NCBI GenBank assembly: GCA_013178285.1
Contig: JABLXD010000022.1
Location: forward strand, 3,802 to 67,801
DNA length: 64,000 bases
Reading direction: 5' to 3'
Source: Methanofastidiosum sp.
GTDB taxonomy: Archaea; Methanobacteriota_B; Thermococci; Methanofastidiosales; Methanofastidiosaceae
The position numbers and the translations under genes are program-made. Position 1 is the stretch's first letter. Every line of letters starts with the position of its first letter. Below the pieces are notes generated by a model. That model worked only from the letters and a program-made list of their open reading frames with translations, was not told the DNA's origin and made no database searches. Shown here piece by piece: positions 38,901 through 47,831 of this stretch.

Positions 38901-40671
38901 TATGGTATGTAATACAGTTGTTTTGTCCAAGATCTGCTGGTCTTTCAGCTGAAATGTCAGTAATTTTACTGAAATTGAAATCAACTACGTTTTGATGATT
39001 TGGAACTGAGTACCCATTATTTGGAAACCTTAATGCAGGCGCATCTGTTGCAGTGTCCACATAGAAGAATGCACCGTCTGAATCAGTTTCTTTTGACAAG
39101 TAAGGTGGAGTGGTGCTTCTAAGGGGATCCCATGCAGAAGCATTAATAGTTGTTCCTACATTTCCAGAGATGTCTTCCCCAGATACAGTAATTTGAGCAA
39201 ATCCATTATATGTGTTTGAAGTTGGAATATTGTAGGTAGCGGTGAAAATAGATGCAGGCGCAGATTCAGTGACAGTGAGTGTAGTCCATGTAGTTTGATT
39301 GTGTAGTTTTACTTGAACTGTTGGTTTTGATTTTAGAGTTTCAGATGCATGGATCCTAACTTGCATTGACCCTCCGCCTACTACATCCGGTGTTGTATTA
39401 TAATCAATTTTAGGTGTTTTTAGATAACGAATTCTGAAATTAGGAGGAGTTGTATCATCTGAAGTAACAGTAAGGCTTCTTGATGAAGAGTAAGCACTTT
39501 CATTATTTAATGTGTCTGCAGCCTTTACTCTCCAGTAGTATGTACCAGGTATAATACTAGTTGTATATGCCCTAGTTGAGGCTGAAGGAACAGTCCATGC
39601 AGCCCCAGATAATGGGGTGCCTGCATCATCATCAAAAACTCCGGCTACGGTTACGACATTAGAGCCAAATGTGGAAGAGGTAGAATATTGTAATGTGTAA
39701 GTTACATTTTTATTTGAAATATCGGGAATCTTTTCCCATATGAATACAACTGTAGGAGATGCTTGAGAAGCACCGTTAGAGGGGCTAGAAAGTACTGGAA
39801 CAGGACACTGTGAATCTACTATAAATGAAGGCCCATCGTATGTTGCCCAATTGATAGTAGTTCCTATATTTCCGGCCATGTCTTTTGCAGAAACAGTTAC
39901 TGTTGCTAACCCATCACTTGCCCCGCTGGTACTTGTTATTGAATAAGAACCAGTAAAGATGCTATCAGGATATGACGATGATTGTGAGGTCATTGTAACT
40001 GACGTTTCAGTTTTATTAATCTGTTTGACTTTTACTGTGGGTCTATCGCTAGTTGATGAAGTCGGAGCCACTGGTTCATCTGCAAAAAGTTGAAGAGTAA
40101 CAGTACCTAATCCCAAGATATCGTTAATCCCTATCGCATTCTCAACTTTTGGAGATTTAATGTATCTCATTTCAAATTCAGGAGGGGTATTATCTACAAA
40201 TGTATTTGGGAGTAGATTTCCTAATGTACCACCACCAGTTGCCGCTATTGTCCAAGTGTCACCTAAAGTATCTACCAAAGGTGCGGCTGTAATCTTAACA
40301 GGAAATGTAATAGTAGCACTTCCAGAAGCCCCGGTATGATTATAACTTATTGTTCCTGCAGGGCTAGTATAATCTATTGACCACCCTGATGGGGCAGATG
40401 GCTGACTACCAAGATTAGCTAAGGTATATGTTGCTGGTGGTGTGATAGTAATCTTAGTTAGTGGAGTTCCTGATGGAACACTACTATAAGTAATTTTAAC
40501 ATTGAAATTCATCGGCATGCTTCCGCTATTGAAATAAGCCGTTCCAGAAGTTGCACTAGTTAAGGCAACTCCCCATGTTTCTGCAGCACTAACCTCCCCA
40601 AACTCAATTGCTCCAAATAAACTAAATACTAACAATGATCCAAATATAAAACTTAAAATCTTCTTATTCAA
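35862..40671 (-). CDS. Giant (~1600 aa) cell-surface protein split by a +1 frameshift at 38007-38011
   Basis: TTG start with GGAGG SD; signal peptide; five YYWRV-type FN3/Ig units; Cys-rich knot; carboxypeptidase-regulatory-like and PEGA-like units; TM helix; Pro/Lys tail. The two ORFs join as ...TTTSF-VPTKDF if one T is removed. Confidence 0.8.
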
Positions 40672-40804
40672 ACAAATCTACCTCCTTTTTTGAAACGATT
40701 AGTTTTTTTATCATAAGATTTCGATTCTTAACAGTATCATCCATATAATCAATTCTCTTAATTGTGTCATAATTTAAACCAATTTTTGGTTCATAATATC
40801 TCAA
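40664..40804 (-). CDS. Unannotated 46-aa RHH/CopG-like mini-protein
   Basis: GGAGGT SD, TTG start, MRYYEPKIGLNYDTIKRIDYMDDTVKNRNLMIKKLIVSKKEVDLFE*; stop overlaps the surface-gene start. Confidence 0.55.
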   Translation of the reverse strand: MRYYEPKIGLNYDTIKRIDYMDDTVKNRNLMIKKLIVSKKEVDLFE

Positions 40805-40822
40805 GCTAATACCTCCCTAATG

Positions 40823-40855
40823 TGAAACGATATAAAAACATTATCATGAAACGAT
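40823..40855. promoter_or_regulatory. Tandem TGAAACGAT direct repeats, candidate operator
   Basis: GAAACGAT at 40824 and 40848 (and 40692), between the two mini-ORFs. Confidence 0.4.
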
Positions 40856-40889
40856 TTTACCATAATTTCAGAAAATGAAACACTCAATT

Positions 40890-41021
40890 TTAGCTCTCCT
40901 CCAACATCTTTACCATCTTTTCCAAAAAATCTTCCCAGTTCTCAGCCTTCATCTTGCCCTTCCACTCGATGAGCTTGAAGTAGAGATCGTCTGGGATGCC
41001 CTTAATCGTTATACTTTTCAT
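40890..41021 (-). CDS. Unannotated 43-aa ribbon-helix-helix protein
   Basis: GAGGT SD, ATG, MKSITIKGIPDDLYFKLIEWKGKMKAENWEDFLEKMVKMLEES*; FitA/Arc-like alternating N-terminal strand. Confidence 0.75.
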   Translation of the reverse strand: MKSITIKGIPDDLYFKLIEWKGKMKAENWEDFLEKMVKMLEES

Positions 41022-41156
41022 CAATTAACCTCTATGATTAACAATTATCAGTTTTCGGCATATATATGTATAAACTGTTATCTACTATCATTATCATTTA
41101 TCGCTAATAGTATTTAAAGCTTTCGCATTTATTGCTTATCAATGCAAATACTTCTT

Positions 41157-41193
41157 AAGAAATCTTTGGAGTTTTTACTGTTAACACTGGCTA
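41157..41193. repeat. Direct repeat, left copy, flanking the right-hand TA patch
   Basis: AAGAAATCTTTGGAGTTTT-TACTG-TTAACACTGGCTA; partner at 42418-42453. Confidence 0.8.
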
Positions 41194-41259
41194 AAATAGT
41201 GATAAATATGTATTAGAAAAGTTTATATCCGTAGTAACATATATGGAATAGGCGATACT

Positions 41260-41529
41260 CTGGAAAAACTGCATCTTCCAATTATTATTATTGAGATGGA
41301 TGAAGATGGCGTATATATAGTAAGTTGCCCACAACTCAAAGGTTGCCACTCTTATGGAGAAACTATAGAAGAAGCAATGGAAAACATCAAAGAAGCTATA
41401 GAGCTTTGCTTAGAAGATCAAAATCCAAACGATTTAAATAAATTAAAGAGCTTTACAATTCTAAGAAATAATACCTTAATTGAACTAAGATGTATGGACT
41501 ATTTTAGAAGATATCTAGAAGATCCTTAG
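41260..41529 (+). pseudogene. HicB-family antitoxin, non-ATG start, aberrant C-terminus, no HicA
   Basis: EMDEDGVYIVSCPQLKGCHSYGETIEEAMENIKEAIELCLE; frame extends to CTG at 41260. Confidence 0.7.
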
Positions 41530-41911
41530 TTGAGTATATATTTACAATATTTTGATTTTTCAAATCCTTATCATTTGACCATATCCCACATTTTAATTTT
41601 AAGGCTAAAGCAAAATACGCGCAATCATCGGGATCAGGCGATATTATTTCTGCCTTTTGTAAAAAGCTAGAAAAATAATTTTTAGAAATTATATTAATAT
41701 TTGATTCAAAAAACAATCTAGAAACATATTTTTTTAATTCAGAATTAGATAATCCTGTTTTATTTTGTAGGTAATCAATGTGTTTATTTATTTCAAATTG
41801 TAAATATTCAGGAGCGTATAGTACATATTTATTACTAATTAAAATTTCTCTAGTTTTACTATCTTTAATAAATGCAGCAAATATAATGTTGGCATCTACT
41901 ACAAGTTCCAA
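41504..41911 (-). CDS. PIN-domain (VapC-like) toxin
   Basis: LVVDANIIF, DPDDCAYFALA, IWSNDKDL. Confidence 0.9.
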   Translation of the reverse strand: MELVVDANIIFAAFIKDSKTREILISNKYVLYAPEYLQFEINKHIDYLQNKTGLSNSELKKYVSRLFFESNINIISKNYFSSFLQKAEIISPDPDDCAYFALALKLKCGIWSNDKDLKNQNIVNIYSTKDLLDIF

Positions 41912-41915
41912 TATA

Positions 41916-42137
41916 TCAATCCTTATAGTGTTTTCTCAAAGATTTATTTACTTTTTTACCAAGAATAATTGTATCTTCAATAGTAAGGGCACTTCTATCC
42001 AAATTTTTTTCCATCTCTTCTAAAAAGGAGATTTTTTCTATTATCGCATTTTTAACTATTTCAGACCAATTAATGTCAGAAAATTTCTCCATTTCTAGTT
42101 TAATATCTTCGGGAATTGAAATAATATCGGATTTCAT
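41916..42137 (-). CDS. RHH-type antitoxin of the PIN toxin
   Basis: MKSDIISIPEDIK...INWSEIVKNAI; start at 42137. Confidence 0.7.
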   Translation of the reverse strand: MKSDIISIPEDIKLEMEKFSDINWSEIVKNAIIEKISFLEEMEKNLDRSALTIEDTIILGKKVNKSLRKHYKD

Positions 42138-42177
42138 CTGATTAAATATTATAAAAGTAATATATAAAATTTGGCTT

Positions 42178-42372
42178 TTACAAATCTGCCCAAGCATTAT
42201 CCTCCTCTACAGTTAGCCAATCTTTTTTTAGAGAGGATTCACTCATTAGAGAAATTTCAAGAATATCCATTTTCTTTGTTTTTAAATAAATCATGAAATC
42301 TAATACTTCTTCTAAAATAGGTTCAGGAGTTTTTTCAATTTCTTTGATGATTATTTCTTTAACTTTCATCAT
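42178..42372 (-). CDS. DUF2281-like antitoxin, toxin partner absent
   Basis: EVLDFMIYLK...SESSLKKDWLTVEEDNAWADL. Confidence 0.75.
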   Translation of the reverse strand: MMKVKEIIIKEIEKTPEPILEEVLDFMIYLKTKKMDILEISLMSESSLKKDWLTVEEDNAWADL

Positions 42373-42417
42373 ATATTTTGAAGTATGAGATTATTTAAGT
42401 CTTTTCTAAATGAATGA

Positions 42418-42453
42418 AAGAAATCTTTGGAGTTTTGCTTTTAACACTGGCTA
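42418..42453. repeat. Direct repeat, right copy
   Basis: AAGAAATCTTTGGAGTTTT-GCTT-TTAACACTGGCTA. Confidence 0.8.
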
Positions 42454-42544
42454 GATACGTTAGCCACCTCTTAAAACTTCTAGTTACAATGTTCCAAGAC
42501 AATGTTAGAAAATCCCTATATTAATTATAAGTATCGCCCTATTT

Positions 42545-43288
42545 ATGGAGCCAATAAGGAAGTTCAACAGATTTGAATTAAAGTATCTCCTCTCGATAGA
42601 ACAGGTAGAGGAGTTAAAGAAGGATCTGGAAAAATACCTCCTATTGGACGACCATGGAAACTCTGGAACTTACGCTATAACAAGCCTCTACTACGACACT
42701 GAAGACTATCGCTTCTACTGGGAGAAGATCGAAGGAATAAAGTTCAGGAGAAAACTAAGGATAAGATTCTACGAAACAATTGATAAATTAACTGAAGATT
42801 CAATTGTCTTTGTCGAGATAAAGCAGAGGACTAACAAAACTGTGCAGAAGAGGAGGGTTGCACTAAAATACAAAGATGCCCTTCTTCTTTGCAATGAAAG
42901 AAAGATCCCACCTCACGATCCAAGAGATTCTCTTGTGATAGAGGAAATTCTTTCAATGCTAATTAATTACAACTTAAAGCCCACACTAATTACAAGTTAT
43001 TTTAGGAAGGCTTATGTCGGCTCTGACTACGATATCGGCCTTAGGATAACTTTTGACACAAACATAAGGTATAGGGTAAATAATCTTGTCTTGGATTCCA
43101 AAGAGATAGGAAATTTCCTTATCTCTCCTGACAGATCAATTCTAGAAATTAAGGCAAATGAAAGGATACCCTACTGGGTGACTGAAGTCATAGGGCACAG
43201 GAACTATAGGCTTATTAGAATTAGTAAATACTGCACAGGATTAGAGGCGGCGCAAAAGGTTCCAAATTACGCTTATGAGGTGTTTTAA
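42545..43288 (+). CDS. VTC/polyphosphate-polymerase-domain (TTM/CYTH fold) protein
   Basis: RFELKY, SLYYDT, RRKLRIRFY, VEIKQR, RITFD, ILEIK, ISKY. Confidence 0.88.
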   Translation: MEPIRKFNRFELKYLLSIEQVEELKKDLEKYLLLDDHGNSGTYAITSLYYDTEDYRFYWEKIEGIKFRRKLRIRFYETIDKLTEDSIVFVEIKQRTNKTVQKRRVALKYKDALLLCNERKIPPHDPRDSLVIEEILSMLINYNLKPTLITSYFRKAYVGSDYDIGLRITFDTNIRYRVNNLVLDSKEIGNFLISPDRSILEIKANERIPYWVTEVIGHRNYRLIRISKYCTGLEAAQKVPNYAYEVF

Positions 43289-43983
43289 TGGCAAATTTAT
43301 TGGATGAAATTTTTAATTTTCAGGATTTGAGCGGTACTTTTTCCACAACAGATGTAGTGCTAGGACTAACACTTTCTTTTGTGTTGGTCTCATTTATCGG
43401 GTGGATATACCAGAAGACTCACAAGGGTGCGTCCTATACCCAGAGTTATGTCCAGACACTAGTGCTTATGGCGCTTGTCGTTGACATAATAATGCTTGTT
43501 GTGGGATCAAACATAGCTAGGGCATTCTCCCTTGTAGGGGCGCTATCTATAATAAGATTTAGAAATGCTATGAAGGAGACAAGGGATGTTGGATTCATAT
43601 TCTTTGCAATGGCGATAGGGATGTCAACAGGAACAAAGTTCTACTTCCTTTCGATAGTTGCTACAATAATAATAGGTATGATCATCTACATCATGTATAG
43701 ATTTGACTGGTATTCAAGGCCACTTACAAGCCAGATACTAAAGATACAGGTCAATAACGAAGTAGACTTCCAGAAGTTATTTGACGATACATTTGTCAAG
43801 TACACTGAATCATCTGACCTGATAAGTGTCGACTCTGTTAGGTCTGGTATGCTCACTGAACTTGTATATAGTGTTAAACTAAAGAAAAACTCTGACAAAC
43901 ACAAGTTTTTGAGTTCGATAAAGACACTAAACGGCAACTTAAAGGTCACGCTGATCACTGGATACAACACAACTGACCTTTGA
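43288..43983 (+). CDS. DUF4956 membrane protein
   Basis: NIARAFSLVGALSIIRFRNAMKETRD, AIGMSTG; C-terminal ACT-like domain. Confidence 0.88.
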   Translation: MANLLDEIFNFQDLSGTFSTTDVVLGLTLSFVLVSFIGWIYQKTHKGASYTQSYVQTLVLMALVVDIIMLVVGSNIARAFSLVGALSIIRFRNAMKETRDVGFIFFAMAIGMSTGTKFYFLSIVATIIIGMIIYIMYRFDWYSRPLTSQILKIQVNNEVDFQKLFDDTFVKYTESSDLISVDSVRSGMLTELVYSVKLKKNSDKHKFLSSIKTLNGNLKVTLITGYNTTDL

Positions 43984-43993
43984 GGGGGAGACC

Positions 43994-45448
43994 ATGGATA
44001 TCAAACTAAAGAGGCATTACAAAGTTATTCTCCTTTTTATTTTTACCATTTTATTTTTTGGTGTAATTATTGGGAATACCATGATTGTGCCTTATAGCTC
44101 TTCTAACAATCTTAATGTTAATGCAAATACCGATACTATTGAAAATGACGTATACATCTTTGATGACTCTCTAGTTCATGAAATCCAAATTGAGATGACG
44201 GAAGAAAACTATAATTTGATGATCACAACTTTCAGTGAAACTGGTGAAAAAGACTATTTCCCTGCAGATATTACTATAGATGGCGTCACGATCAAAAACG
44301 TTGGATTGAGATTAAAAGGAAACTCTTCCCTAAATGGTCTATTTAAGAAAAATACTATTAGTCAAGATGTTCAAGCGCCTTATTTAATAAAATTAGATGA
44401 GTATGTGGATGGCCAGAGTTACCAAGGTTACAAAGAAATTGCAGTACGTACAGGTAGCTTCAATAGCGGTAGCGCTCTTCTAGAAGAGCCACTCTCACTT
44501 TTCATCTATCAAGAAAATGGCCAGATAGTTCCAGAGTACTCCTATGCAAGTGTAAAGATTGGGGATAACAAAGCTTACTATTATGTAATATGTGAAAATA
44601 TCGATGGTAACTATATAGAAAAGCACTTTGACCAAACTAACGGCATCCTATACAAAAAAGGAAACTCTCCAGAGTTTGCATACAAGGGAGAAGATCAGAC
44701 TAAATATGTAAGTGAGTACGAACAGAAGACAAACAAGAAGAATGAGGACTATTCAAAACTAATTGAGTTCATGAAATTTGTTTCTGAATCAAGTGATGAA
44801 GAGTTTGAAAAAGAACTACCAAACTGGCTAGAACTGGATTCTTTTATGACGATGATTGCAATAAATGAGTTGATAGACAATCAAGATTCATTTTACAATC
44901 AGGGGCGAAATTTTTACCTTTACTATAATCCTGAGACTGAGCAGTTCACAATGCTTGCCTGGGACTTTAATCTTGCCTTTGGTGGGTTTGGAGGGGGGAA
45001 CAGAAACATGCAAAATAGGGATGGCAATATGACCTTCCAACAGCCTGGCGGTATGCATCAAATGGATTTCAATATGAGTGCTCAAATGCCTCAAAACAGA
45101 GATCTAAACATGACTTTTGTAAGACCTGAAGGAATGCCACAAAGGGATTTCAATATGACTGCCCAAAGGCCGGAAGGTATGATGCAAGGTGGTATGCAGG
45201 GAACAAATGAACTCAAAGAAAGATTCTTTGCAAATGAGAAGTTTAGCCTGATGTACCAAGAAAAATATGATGAAATATCAAAGAAAATTTATTGTGATGA
45301 TGCACTAATAGAAGAAATAGAATATATCGCCAAAGTATTTACTGAGTATAATAAAGAACATAATATTTTAGATCAGAGCACCTATGATGCTGAAGTCCAA
45401 AAGATGATAGAGTATGTAAATCAAAAAAGAGAAGGTATTTGTAAATAG
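43994..45448 (+). CDS. CotH-family secreted kinase
   Basis: N-terminal TM anchor; VGLRLKGNSS, ENIDGNY, LYKK, NFYLY, AWDFNLAFG. Confidence 0.88.
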   Translation: MDIKLKRHYKVILLFIFTILFFGVIIGNTMIVPYSSSNNLNVNANTDTIENDVYIFDDSLVHEIQIEMTEENYNLMITTFSETGEKDYFPADITIDGVTIKNVGLRLKGNSSLNGLFKKNTISQDVQAPYLIKLDEYVDGQSYQGYKEIAVRTGSFNSGSALLEEPLSLFIYQENGQIVPEYSYASVKIGDNKAYYYVICENIDGNYIEKHFDQTNGILYKKGNSPEFAYKGEDQTKYVSEYEQKTNKKNEDYSKLIEFMKFVSESSDEEFEKELPNWLELDSFMTMIAINELIDNQDSFYNQGRNFYLYYNPETEQFTMLAWDFNLAFGGFGGGNRNMQNRDGNMTFQQPGGMHQMDFNMSAQMPQNRDLNMTFVRPEGMPQRDFNMTAQRPEGMMQGGMQGTNELKERFFANEKFSLMYQEKYDEISKKIYCDDALIEEIEYIAKVFTEYNKEHNILDQSTYDAEVQKMIEYVNQKREGICK

Positions 45449-45456
45449 AAAAAAAT

Positions 45457-46497
45457 CTAGCAAGAATTATCAAATAATTCCTTGATGCTCTTCTCATAAG
45501 GGGGCTTTAATACGCCTCTTTCAGTTATTATGCCTGATATATATTTTGCAGGTGTAACATCAAAAGCAGGATTAAAAACATCTATCCCTTCTGTTGCTAT
45601 CCTCTTGCCGCCAAGATGGGTCACTTCTTCCTTGTCTCTCTCTTCTATAGGTATATCTTCGCCTGTTTTTGCTTTTGGGTCAAATGTAGAAATGGGCGCT
45701 GCAATGTAAAACGGAATGTTATTTTCTTTAGCTAAAACTGCTACTTGGTAGGTTCCAATCTTATTCGCGGCGTCCCCGTTCATGGCGATTCTATCTGCCC
45801 CAACTATTACCTTCTGAATCAATCCTCTTCTCATGGAAATCCCGGCCATGTTATCACATATCAAAGTTACAGGTATTCCGTCCTCTTTTAACTCCCATGT
45901 AGTTAGCCTTGCACCTTGTAAAAGCGGCCTTGTTTCATCTGAGTAGACTCTAATCTTCTTTCCAGCTTCAACGGCGGCCCTGATCACCCCAAGTGCGGTC
46001 CCGTACTCAGAAGTTGCAAGTGCTCCAGCATTACAATGAGTAAGTACTCCATCTCCAGTGGAAATAAGGGGGTGCCCATACTGCCCCATTTGTCTATTAA
46101 TCTCTGCATCTTCCTTCCTTATCCTTTCGGCCTCTAGAACGAGCTCTTTTTTAATTTCTTCAATTGAGTTATTTTTTATAGAGGCAAAATGACGCATCAT
46201 CCGCTCAACTGCCCACATGAGATTTACTGCAGTGGGCCTAGCATTTTTTATATTTTCAGAATCTTTAATTATTTTGAAAAAATCATCCTTATTATTTCCG
46301 TTGTAGCTTAAAGCCCCTAGGACTATGCCATATGCCCCTGCAACGCCGATTGCAGGTGCGCCTCTGATAGCTAGGGTCTTTATGGCAACTTCCAGTTTCT
46401 TAACATCTGTACAAGATACAACTTTATACTCATTTGGCAAAAGCGTCTGGTCTATATATTTGACCATATTATCTTCAAAATAAATAGTTTTAATCAT
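45457..46497 (-). CDS. mtnA: Methylthioribose-1-phosphate isomerase (eIF2B-alpha-like family)
   Basis: IDQTLLP, IRGAPAIG, RPTAVNL, THCNAGALAT, ETRPLLQGARLT, ANKIGT, NPAFDVTP; start MIKTI at 46497. Confidence 0.88.
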   Translation of the reverse strand: MIKTIYFEDNMVKYIDQTLLPNEYKVVSCTDVKKLEVAIKTLAIRGAPAIGVAGAYGIVLGALSYNGNNKDDFFKIIKDSENIKNARPTAVNLMWAVERMMRHFASIKNNSIEEIKKELVLEAERIRKEDAEINRQMGQYGHPLISTGDGVLTHCNAGALATSEYGTALGVIRAAVEAGKKIRVYSDETRPLLQGARLTTWELKEDGIPVTLICDNMAGISMRRGLIQKVIVGADRIAMNGDAANKIGTYQVAVLAKENNIPFYIAAPISTFDPKAKTGEDIPIEERDKEEVTHLGGKRIATEGIDVFNPAFDVTPAKYISGIITERGVLKPPYEKSIKELFDNSC

Positions 46498-46564
46498 AAT
46501 GGCCTCCCTAAAAAGGTTTAAATACTCCACTCTCATTGGCTATAAAAAACTAACGAGACCCAAT

Positions 46565-47080
46565 ATGATCGAAATAACGCCTCTTTTGATATTCAATATT
46601 ATCTGGTTTATACTGCCACCTTACATTGCTAATATGGCACCGGCCGTTTGGGGAGGAGGCCCCCCACTTGATGGCGGTAGGGTTCTTTCTGATGGTAGAA
46701 GGTTGTTTGGTAAAGGAAAGACAATAAAAGGAACTTTTGTAGGAATCCTGGCAGGTATAATAATAAGCCTTTTGCAGCATATAGCACTGCCATTCCCCTC
46801 TTTAGGTTATGCCATCCTAAGGGGATTTCTGATGGGTGCTGGTGCAATTGGTGGGGACATATTTGGAAGTTTCATAAAAAGGAGAGTAAATATAGAAAGT
46901 GGTAATGCAGCGCCTTTACTAGATCAGCTTGATTTCATGTTAGGTGCAATAATACTAGTTGCGCCCCTAGGGCTTCCCTCTTTTGAAGTTGTCCTCATAT
47001 CTATTATAATAACTCCGTTTGTCCACTTTGTTTCAAATGTTGTATGGTATCTTGCCGGTAAAAAAGAAGTCTGGTGGTAA
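46565..47080 (+). CDS. carS: CDP-archaeol synthase
   Basis: PPYIAN, DGRRLFGKGKT, GDIFGSFIKRR, LLDQLDF; start MIEI at 46565. Confidence 0.85.
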   Translation: MIEITPLLIFNIIWFILPPYIANMAPAVWGGGPPLDGGRVLSDGRRLFGKGKTIKGTFVGILAGIIISLLQHIALPFPSLGYAILRGFLMGAGAIGGDIFGSFIKRRVNIESGNAAPLLDQLDFMLGAIILVAPLGLPSFEVVLISIIITPFVHFVSNVVWYLAGKKEVWW

Positions 47081-47081
47081 A

Positions 47082-47831
47082 TTAAGCTTTTCGTGCAAAT
47101 GACATGTACCCGGTATGCCCCAGCATTCTAGTCTTTGGCCTTGTTCCTTTTTCTTTGACCTCATACTCTCTGATTATGGTCTCAATTGTTCTTACTTCGG
47201 AATAATCATACTTAGATATTTCTCTTCTAAAATCAATGACCTGCTCAATGCATGGAGAAAATGAGAATATGAATCCACCTGCTCTCAAAGCTTCATATGC
47301 ATGACCAACGACCCTATATGGTTCAGGTAGGTCTAGAGAAATAAGGTCAACATCTCTCTCGTCTATCCCTTCATAGATATCCTTTAGCTTAAATTCGACG
47401 TTTCCTTTGCCATATATATCAATATTCTCTTTAGCAACTTTTAGGAATCTTTCATTAATATCGTAAGAATAGACCTTTCCAGGGAATACTGTATAAGATA
47501 ATATCAACGTCATGGCACCTGACCCCGCGCCTGCCTCGACAACAGTATCCCCAGAAGAGATACCAGTATTTGCAATAACCTGGCATGCGTCGTCAGGGTT
47601 AATTGTCTGTGGCATCTTTTTCATCATGTAGATATAATCAATCAGATTTGGTTTTAGAATCGAAAAGCTCTTTCCCATGTGGGATTTAAGTTTATCTCCA
47701 TAAGACTTCCCTACAAGCTCAGAAAGATCAAGCTTGCCTAGATTTGTATGGAATATTTTGCTTGTAACTGTAATAAGGTATTTTTTTCCTCTTGGATCCA
47801 ACAGTAAGACCCTATCATTTTCTGCTATCGT
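47082..47831 (-). CDS. trmI: tRNA (adenine-N1)-methyltransferase, probable ACG start
   Basis: VEAGAGSGA, LDLPEP, FSPCIEQV, HTGY; the frame extends to ACG-IAENDRVLLLDPRGKKY. Confidence 0.88.
   Translation of the reverse strand, partial: TIAENDRVLLLDPRGKKYLITVTSKIFHTNLGKLDLSELVGKSYGDKLKSHMGKSFSILKPNLIDYIYMMKKMPQTINPDDACQVIANTGISSGDTVVEAGAGSGAMTLILSYTVFPGKVYSYDINERFLKVAKENIDIYGKGNVEFKLKDIYEGIDERDVDLISLDLPEPYRVVGHAYEALRAGGFIFSFSPCIEQVIDFRREISKYDYSEVRTIETIIREYEVKEKGTRPKTRMLGHTGYMSFARKA

Noticed and set aside
35862-40671. Diversity-generating retroelement acting on the surface gene
   Set aside because: There is no reverse transcriptase, and R2/R4 differences are synonymous and not adenine-specific.
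40875-41117. 80-aa plus-strand ORF in the ORF track
   Set aside because: It is the antisense shadow of the 43-aa RHH gene, which has an SD and a protein-like sequence.
7068-42453. tRNA-integrated provirus or genomic island with attL/attR
   Set aside because: I found no second copy of the tRNA 3' end and no integrase, transposase or viral structural gene in the window. The region looks like a patchwork, not one element.
42486-42507. ACAATGTT direct repeat upstream of the VTC gene as a PHO-box-like site
   Set aside because: Only two 8-bp copies in AT-rich DNA, with no match to a motif I can name; too weak without comparative data.
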